Below are positions 26,149-32,000 of a stretch of 32,000 bases of DNA, piece after piece. Origin of the DNA: Desulfocapsa sulfexigens DSM 10523 (lineage in GTDB: Bacteria > Desulfobacterota > Desulfobulbia > Desulfobulbales > Desulfocapsaceae); the NCBI RefSeq assembly GCF_000341395.1, contig NC_020304.1:2820001-2852000 (forward strand). Reading direction: 5' to 3'. How positions within the stretch are numbered: position 1 is the first letter of the stretch; every line of letters begins with the position of its first letter. Made by a program: the position numbers and the translations under genes. Below the pieces are notes generated by a model, which was given only the letters and a program-made list of their open reading frames with translations, was not told the DNA's origin and did no database searches.

Positions 26149-27576
26149 TTACTTTGTTGCCATTGGATCGCCATCGTAGCCAAGAGCTTTCCAGTCCATA
26201 CGGTTACCACTTTTGTGGCAATCAAGGCATTTGAGAGCCTTTTCTTTTGGATCAACCTGATGGTTAATAGGCCAGTAGCTAGCGGTGGGAGCAAAATCAA
26301 AAGTTCCACTGTATTCAAGACCACTGACTTTCATGCCAGCAGCAGCTGCCTTGTTCCAGTCAAACTGAACCCAGAACGCATCGGGATCCCCTTTTGGTCC
26401 CCAAACTTTAGGCGTGATCAGGTAGTTGAATTTGGCGTCGTAGATCTGCTTTCCGGTGTGAATCTTGAAAGGCATGATCTTGGCATCGGGATCATTTTTG
26501 TCACCCTGAGGGGCATTAAGTATGGTTGTCTTGCTGGGGTCAATCTTGTCACCAATCATGTAGGTACTGGTTGTTCCATTGAACCAGGCATAGGTTGGCA
26601 CGACATTACTTTCGTAGGTGAATTGGCCCTTCTTGAAGATATAGACGGCATGTCCATGTTCTTTAACGACTTTTTTCTCCTTTGCCATTTCTTTACTTGT
26701 CGCAGCTTTTGACCAGTCCCAACTCATTTTAGTTCCATCAGCCTTGGCAAAATGTGCGATATGGCAGGTTTGACATGCTATTTTTTCCGCATGGGCATTG
26801 TACTTTGTTGCTGTTGGAAAATAACGATGTGGAGAACTGCCGTGGCAGTCAGTGCAGTCAAGAGTACTGCCGGGGCTTGCAGAAACTATGAGAGATTGCC
26901 CTGGAATGTCGTGACTGTCGGTCTTGTGGCATTGCTGACAGGTGAAGTTAAGTCCCTTGGAATCCATGTGTACATCCAGATCCTTGCTTGGATTTCGCAT
27001 GGAATTACTCATGTCTCCAGGTTTAACGTTATTTCCACCACCACCGTAGGCATGGCAGTTTATGCAGTTATCCCTGGTGGGCATACCTGCATTTTGGGCA
27101 ACTTTCACAAGATCAACGGGTTTTTTGTCCATGCTTTCAACGCCGGTGAAACCAGCTGGCATTCCTGCTCCTGCACCCGGTTTTTTGTAAGTTCCCGTGG
27201 TGTCATGACAGACCAGACAGTCAACTCTTGACTCATCACTGAAATCAAAAGAGCCATCTTTCCAACCATAACCAACATGACAACTTGTACAGCGTGGTTC
27301 GTTGGACCCTACCGAGACACAAAAATTGTTGATCGCATTTTTTTTCCCGCGTGACACTGTACCTTTTCCAGGGACGGTCTGCATTTTCTCCCAGGTCCAG
27401 TGAGTGGTTGCCATAACTTCTTTGGCAGCGTCTTCATGACATTCAAGGCATGTTGCTGTTACTTCCATGGGGGTTTCAAATGGACCTTCGATCTGGTCGT
27501 GGTCATTGGCAAACCCCTGGGTGCTTCCAATGAGTGCTCCCAGGGCAGCCATTGAAATGATCGATACTTTCCTCAT
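26149..27576 (-). CDS. Octaheme c-type cytochrome, tetrathionate reductase (OTR) family
   Basis: 475 aa with signal peptide and exactly eight CXXCH motifs: CLECH, CTSCH, CLVCH, CINCH, CQQCH, CTDCH, CQTCH, CLDCH. NNFCVSVGSNEPRCTSCHVGYGWKDGSFDF resembles the Shewanella OTR family. Confidence 0.9.
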   Translation of the reverse strand: MRKVSIISMAALGALIGSTQGFANDHDQIEGPFETPMEVTATCLECHEDAAKEVMATTHWTWEKMQTVPGKGTVSRGKKNAINNFCVSVGSNEPRCTSCHVGYGWKDGSFDFSDESRVDCLVCHDTTGTYKKPGAGAGMPAGFTGVESMDKKPVDLVKVAQNAGMPTRDNCINCHAYGGGGNNVKPGDMSNSMRNPSKDLDVHMDSKGLNFTCQQCHKTDSHDIPGQSLIVSASPGSTLDCTDCHGSSPHRYFPTATKYNAHAEKIACQTCHIAHFAKADGTKMSWDWSKAATSKEMAKEKKVVKEHGHAVYIFKKGQFTYESNVVPTYAWFNGTTSTYMIGDKIDPSKTTILNAPQGDKNDPDAKIMPFKIHTGKQIYDAKFNYLITPKVWGPKGDPDAFWVQFDWNKAAAAGMKVSGLEYSGTFDFAPTASYWPINHQVDPKEKALKCLDCHKSGNRMDWKALGYDGDPMATK

Positions 27577-27931
27577 TTTTCTCTCCTTCCTTAACGTGTA
27601 AAAAGTGATAAAATATAGCTGCAGAATGGTCTTGATTCAGGCACACCCCGATGCTCAAATACTGCGCCGACAAAGGGATGCAATGAAATTTAACCATTGG
27701 CTCACCTGCAAAACCTGCCGTGTGATCATGCAAAATGAATGCCGATTTGTAAGGAGCCGTTTTTCTGATAGAATAAAAAAAGTGTTAATGTGTCTCTGCT
27801 TAACGTTAACGTGCCTGTGTTAATCTTTTGTTAACGGTTGTTGAAAGCAGATGTGTCTCAATTGATCCGAAAAGGAAAACATTCTATTGGTGTTCCTCCC
27901 CCTTGACATAAGTGAAACACAAGGCTTGTAT

Positions 27932-30346
27932 ATGCCGATGAAACCAAAAACACAAAATTATAGTAAACTGGAACTATTGGCACCTGCTGGTTCACTGCAA
28001 TCTTTTTTCGCTGCAGTCGAGAGTGGTGCCGATGCGGTTTTCTGTGGCTTGAAAACATTTTCCGCAAGAGCCAAAGCCAAAAATTTCACCATGGAGGAAT
28101 TGGTCGGACTGGCTGGGTATGCTCATAAGCTGAATAAAAAGATTTATGTGGCTCTGAACACCCTGGTGAAAGAGGATGAGCTGAGCGAACTTATATCTGT
28201 CCTCAGTGAACTGGAATATCTCGGTGTGGATGGTTTGATTATCCAGGATCTTGGTCTGTATCGGGTGGCCCATAAATATTTTCCGAAAATTCCACTGCAT
28301 GCATCCACCCAAATGGTCATTCACAATCTTGCCGGTGTTAAAATACTTGAAAAAATGGGCTTTGAAAGGGTGGTTCTGGCAAGAGAGTTGAGTCTTGCCG
28401 AAATATCCTATATTTCAGAAAACTCTAATCTTGAAATAGAACATTTTATTCATGGTGCCTTGTGCTATTCACTCTCCGGCCACTGTCTCTTTTCTTCCTA
28501 CATTGATGGCAGGAGCGGTAATAGAGGTCGTTGCATTCAGCCATGCAGGAGGAGATATCATCATGACAATGATTCTGGATTCTATTTTTCAACCAGTGAC
28601 CTTTCTGCCATTGAGCTGATTCCCAATCTTGCCAGTGCCGGAGTGATGAGCCTGAAAATTGAAGGTCGTATGAAGAGTCCCGAGTATGTGGCTGCTGTGG
28701 TTTCAGCCTATAGGACCGTTATTGATGCTGGCCCTGGTGATGAAAAGAATGCTGTAAAACGTGCTAAAGAGCAGTTGGAAACGGCAATGGGCAGAAAAAG
28801 TACTTCTGGTTTTCTCCATGGGCCAGGCAGTGCTGAAATCCTTATGCCTGCTCGCAAAGGAGGGATTGGTAGAATTATTGGCCGGGTCGAGCGACTTCAT
28901 GGGGATACTGTTTCATTTAAAACATCTGGCCGTATTCAAATAGGTGACAGACTGCGTATTCAGCCAGGAAATGACAGAGCCGGACAGGGATTTACTGTTA
29001 GGACTTTGTTTCTTAAAAACAAATCCTCCAGCGTTGCAGAAAAGGATAGTTTTGTTTCCATAACCCTTCCTAAGATCATAACTAAAGGAAGAGTGAGCGT
29101 CGGGGATCTGGTTTTTATGCTTGTCAGTGGTCAGTCATTTACCATGAGTGAGGAAGCATGTTTGAGAAAAATAAAAACAGCACCTGTTCCGGCCCGGAGC
29201 ATTAATCTGTGTATTCAATGCAATGAAGCGGATTCTATTTTCACGGTCATGGCTGATTGTAACGGCAATGAAGTGGTGAAGGTATATCCTGTGGATATGG
29301 TTCCTGCCAATAGATCACCCTTAAAAAAAGAGACGCTATTAAAAATCTTCTCTCAGACGGGACATCCTGAACTGGTATTGGAAAACCTTAAAGCAAAAGA
29401 TTTACCATCAGTAGTTATAAAACCGAGTCGGTTAAAGGAAATACGACGCGATTTCTATGCAATGCTTGATGGGATCCTAAAAAAAAGACACAGGAAAGAT
29501 GCGAATCAACGATTATGTGTTGTTCAGAGTGATCTTTGTGTTCCAGGAAACCTTCAGAACAAACCTGCAAGCAGCCAGTTATATATTGTTACGGACCAGC
29601 AGGATGATCTCCATGTGGTAAAAGACCATCCTGACCTGAAATTTATTTTTCCGTTACGCACTGAATTCCTTGAAGCGGCTTTAAAGGTACCTTTGTCTCT
29701 GGGTGAAGAAAAAAAACGATTGTTTTGGGATCTCCCGTCCGTGATTTTCGATGATGAGTGGTCAAACCTTCAACAACTGGTAGATAGGGCGGTTGTTGAA
29801 GGTTTTTCAGGCTTTCGATTCAACAACCTGTCTCATTTTGAACTGGTTAGAAGTGTGAGGGATGGGTACTTTATCGCCGGGCCGTGGCTTTATGCATTAA
29901 ATAGTCAGGCGATAGACGCGATTGAGGAACTTGGTGGACGATGTTTTTCCCTGTCCATCGAGGATGACAGGGAGAATCTGAGTTCCTTGCTGCAGGGAAA
30001 GACCTTGGGAAAACAGTTGGTGACAGTTTATAGCCCGGTGGATCTTTTCACCTCCCGTATTGCCCTTCCTGTAGAAGAAAAAAATGGAGTTTTCCTGAAG
30101 AATGACAGGGGCGAGAAGTTACATCTCACAGTGAATAGGGGGCTGACCATTACTCAGGCAGACAAAGCCTTTTCTCTCATTGGTTTGATTTCAGAGCTCC
30201 AGGAAATGGGATGTTGTAATTTTGTCTTGGACCTACGGGGAACTGGGCTGGCAACTCCAGGAGGGCAGGAGATTATGATGGCCTATGCTGAAGATAGAAC
30301 TATTCCAGGCACCATTCTGCTAAACTATGAAAAAGGGTTGATCTGA
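27932..30346 (+). CDS. Peptidase U32 family protein with C-terminal DUF3656-like extension (RlhA/PrtC-like, 23S rRNA hydroxylation family)
   Basis: LELLAPAGSLQSFFAAVESGADAVFCGLKTFSARAKAKNF, HASTQMVIHNLAG, EHFIHGALCYSLSGHCLFSSYIDGRSGNRGRCIQPCRRRY, LKIEGRMKSPEYVA. Start taken at MPMKPKTQNY. The track ORF starts at 27887. Confidence 0.9.
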   Translation: MPMKPKTQNYSKLELLAPAGSLQSFFAAVESGADAVFCGLKTFSARAKAKNFTMEELVGLAGYAHKLNKKIYVALNTLVKEDELSELISVLSELEYLGVDGLIIQDLGLYRVAHKYFPKIPLHASTQMVIHNLAGVKILEKMGFERVVLARELSLAEISYISENSNLEIEHFIHGALCYSLSGHCLFSSYIDGRSGNRGRCIQPCRRRYHHDNDSGFYFSTSDLSAIELIPNLASAGVMSLKIEGRMKSPEYVAAVVSAYRTVIDAGPGDEKNAVKRAKEQLETAMGRKSTSGFLHGPGSAEILMPARKGGIGRIIGRVERLHGDTVSFKTSGRIQIGDRLRIQPGNDRAGQGFTVRTLFLKNKSSSVAEKDSFVSITLPKIITKGRVSVGDLVFMLVSGQSFTMSEEACLRKIKTAPVPARSINLCIQCNEADSIFTVMADCNGNEVVKVYPVDMVPANRSPLKKETLLKIFSQTGHPELVLENLKAKDLPSVVIKPSRLKEIRRDFYAMLDGILKKRHRKDANQRLCVVQSDLCVPGNLQNKPASSQLYIVTDQQDDLHVVKDHPDLKFIFPLRTEFLEAALKVPLSLGEEKKRLFWDLPSVIFDDEWSNLQQLVDRAVVEGFSGFRFNNLSHFELVRSVRDGYFIAGPWLYALNSQAIDAIEELGGRCFSLSIEDDRENLSSLLQGKTLGKQLVTVYSPVDLFTSRIALPVEEKNGVFLKNDRGEKLHLTVNRGLTITQADKAFSLIGLISELQEMGCCNFVLDLRGTGLATPGGQEIMMAYAEDRTIPGTILLNYEKGLI

Positions 30347-30771
30347 CTTTTGCTGTCAAAGAATTTCTGGAGGGAATGAGAAATGTATTTTTCCACTTCC
30401 TTCAGACTTGTGTATACTATCACTTTGAAAAAAGAATTGCCGGCAATCATGGCGGACAGGGAATTGTTTTTATTGTTACGAAACAGGCAGAGGCAGGGGA
30501 TGTTGAGCTTTTCAGCAACAGCAAGCTCGTAGCCAACACCGAGTGATGGTGTGGAGACCTCAGCTATGAGCAGGTCGGCCTCTTCAAGCCATCGCATATC
30601 GCGAGCGTATATTTCTTTTTCGGAGAGAGACTGCTCTTCCTGCAGGAGTGTCTCATCTCCAACATGTTCAGTAAGAACCGTCCCCCGTGACTGAAGAAAC
30701 TCTATTATATTACGGTATATTTCAGCGTCATCACGACCACCGCGGATGGCACCCGCAAAGTAAAAATTCAT
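30325..30771 (-). CDS. DNPH1/Rcl-like 2'-deoxynucleoside 5'-phosphate N-hydrolase (nucleoside 2-deoxyribosyltransferase superfamily)
   Basis: 148 aa. MNFYFAGAIRGGRDDAEIYRNIIEFLQSRGTVLTEHVG...DMRWLEEADLLIAEVSTPSLGVGYELAVA...CLCLFR closely follows the animal DNPH1 pattern as recalled. Confidence 0.8.
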   Translation of the reverse strand: MNFYFAGAIRGGRDDAEIYRNIIEFLQSRGTVLTEHVGDETLLQEEQSLSEKEIYARDMRWLEEADLLIAEVSTPSLGVGYELAVAEKLNIPCLCLFRNNKNNSLSAMIAGNSFFKVIVYTSLKEVEKYISHSLQKFFDSKSQINPFS

Positions 30772-30786
30772 TGTGTTAAGAAAAGA

Positions 30787-31872
30787 TTATTCCGATTCCA
30801 TTTCGGCAAGAAATCTCCGCCTCCACCCGATTTTCTGGCGTGAGGTGGAGGTTGAGCTGTGTCGTATGCATTGCAAAAGCTCACTTTTGTTACCAAGGAG
30901 GGCAGGGTCTATGCCGCTGACATCGCTTTTCAGGGTAATATAGTCCTGCAGACCGGTGAGCGCTTTTTTTTCTTTGGTACTCAGTTTGGGGACAGACAGG
31001 AGGGGAGGGCACTCTTCTGTAGGCCGTTGCAACCCTTTATTTACAAGTTGAATCAGGGTGTCTCCGTAGGTTTTGACACTTTTTACAGATATTCCTTCGC
31101 ATTGTTCTAAGGTGTCGGGACTTGTCAGTCGTTCTCTGGCTATAGAGAGAAGCACGGTATCTTTTATGATGTGACCGCGCGGACGATTTCTGTGTCTCGC
31201 CTCCGCTTCTCGCCAGGCGGCTAACTCCTGAAGTATTGCCAGAGACTGTGCCTCAAGACCTCCTGCTCCCTTTATCTTTGTGTAACGTTCTTCATCTGTG
31301 ACACCAAGGTAGCTTGCCGGGTTGTCTAGTCTTTGCAGTTCTTCTTCCAGCCAGGGGAGCGTTTCAGGGAGGACGCGGGCAAGCAGGAGAACACGTACAG
31401 CTCGCAGGTATCGGACATCATCCATTGCATATAATGTCTGCTTTGAGTTCAATGGCCGCTTGAGCCAATTGGTACGTGTCTCGGTTTTTTCAAGTTTGAT
31501 ATCAAGAAGTAATTCGATCAGGGCTCCGAGGGAAAGTGTAGAGGTGAACCCTGCAAATCCGGCCGCTAATCTGGTGTCAAAAATATTTTTGGGATCTTTG
31601 CCAGTTGCAGTACGCAGGATCGTAAGATCTTGAGGGGCATCGTGAAATATTTTGACAACTGATCTGTCAGCGAGTAATTCTCCTAATGGGGAAAGATCGT
31701 CTAAAGCGCAGGGATCGATGAGGAAACATTCCTCATTGGAAAGTGCCAGCTGAATAAGCCCAAGCTTGGGATAATAGGTCTTTTCCCATACGAATTCTGT
31801 ATCAAGGGCTACTGCGTTTGTTTCCTGGGCCCGTTTTATAAGGGCTTCTAGAGCTTCTGGTGTTGTAATCAT
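30787..31872 (-). CDS. rnd: Ribonuclease D
   Basis: 361 aa. DEDD exonuclease motifs AVALDTEFVWEKTYYPKLGLIQLA, VVKIFHDAPQDLTIL, SLGALIELLLDIKLEKTETRTNWLKRPLNSKQTLYAMDDVRYL, plus an HRDC-like C-terminal region. Confidence 0.92.
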   Translation of the reverse strand: MITTPEALEALIKRAQETNAVALDTEFVWEKTYYPKLGLIQLALSNEECFLIDPCALDDLSPLGELLADRSVVKIFHDAPQDLTILRTATGKDPKNIFDTRLAAGFAGFTSTLSLGALIELLLDIKLEKTETRTNWLKRPLNSKQTLYAMDDVRYLRAVRVLLLARVLPETLPWLEEELQRLDNPASYLGVTDEERYTKIKGAGGLEAQSLAILQELAAWREAEARHRNRPRGHIIKDTVLLSIARERLTSPDTLEQCEGISVKSVKTYGDTLIQLVNKGLQRPTEECPPLLSVPKLSTKEKKALTGLQDYITLKSDVSGIDPALLGNKSELLQCIRHSSTSTSRQKIGWRRRFLAEMESE

Positions 31873-32000
31873 TTGATATTGTCACATAGGAATGGAGTAT
31901 ATTGCACGCTAAAATTTATATTCGCAACTAGCCATATAGATCGAGAAAATACAAGGATTAAACGGTAATTTTGATTTTTTATATTTTAAAACGTATAGGG

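Noticed and set aside
26215-27231. Long plus-strand ORFs (165 and 159 aa) opposite the octaheme cytochrome
   Set aside because: They are antisense to a confidently identified CXXCH-rich coding sequence. No domain-like patterns or RBS support them, so they are shadow ORFs.
27905-27933. TTGACA-N17-TTGTAT promoter-like sequence upstream of the U32 gene
   Set aside because: The -10 element abuts the probable start codon, so transcription would begin inside the coding region. Not compatible with the N-terminus needed for the LELLAPAG motif unless the start is much further downstream.
1-32000. Search for CRISPR arrays, transposases, integrases, restriction-modification, toxin-antitoxin or other defence loci
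   Set aside because: No regularly spaced repeats, recombinase motifs or recognisable defence proteins were seen. The AlbA_2 domain alone is not evidence of a defence system.

Overview
This 32 kb window is gene-dense and looks like a chromosomal segment of an anaerobic, probably Desulfobulbales-like, deltaproteobacterium. The taxonomy is inference only. From left to right it contains: a partial TIM-barrel gene; a membrane dCache + AlbA_2 (Schlafen-like) protein; nhaA; an Mla-type lipid-transport operon (MlaE-MlaF-MlaD plus a PqiC-like lipoprotein) with a diguanylate cyclase inserted; an MFS transporter; a cluster of very small membrane-protein genes behind a good sigma-54 promoter match; a tightly overlapped SH3 / M48 peptidase / CHASE2-adenylate cyclase set followed by a GAF-HD-GYP gene; an MscS-type channel; an OMP-MFP-RND efflux operon preceded by a SYLF-domain gene; a YkgJ-type Cys-cluster protein; an octaheme (OTR-family) cytochrome c; a U32 peptidase-family (RlhA/PrtC-like) protein; a DNPH1/Rcl-like N-glycosidase; and RNase D. 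I found no CRISPR array, prophage, transposase, tRNA or rRNA. The most unusual items are the sigma-54-linked small membrane-protein cluster (about 10.38-11.25 kb, including a 53-aa ORF missing from the supplied track), the dCache-TM-AlbA_2 receptor, and the two second-messenger gene arrangements.
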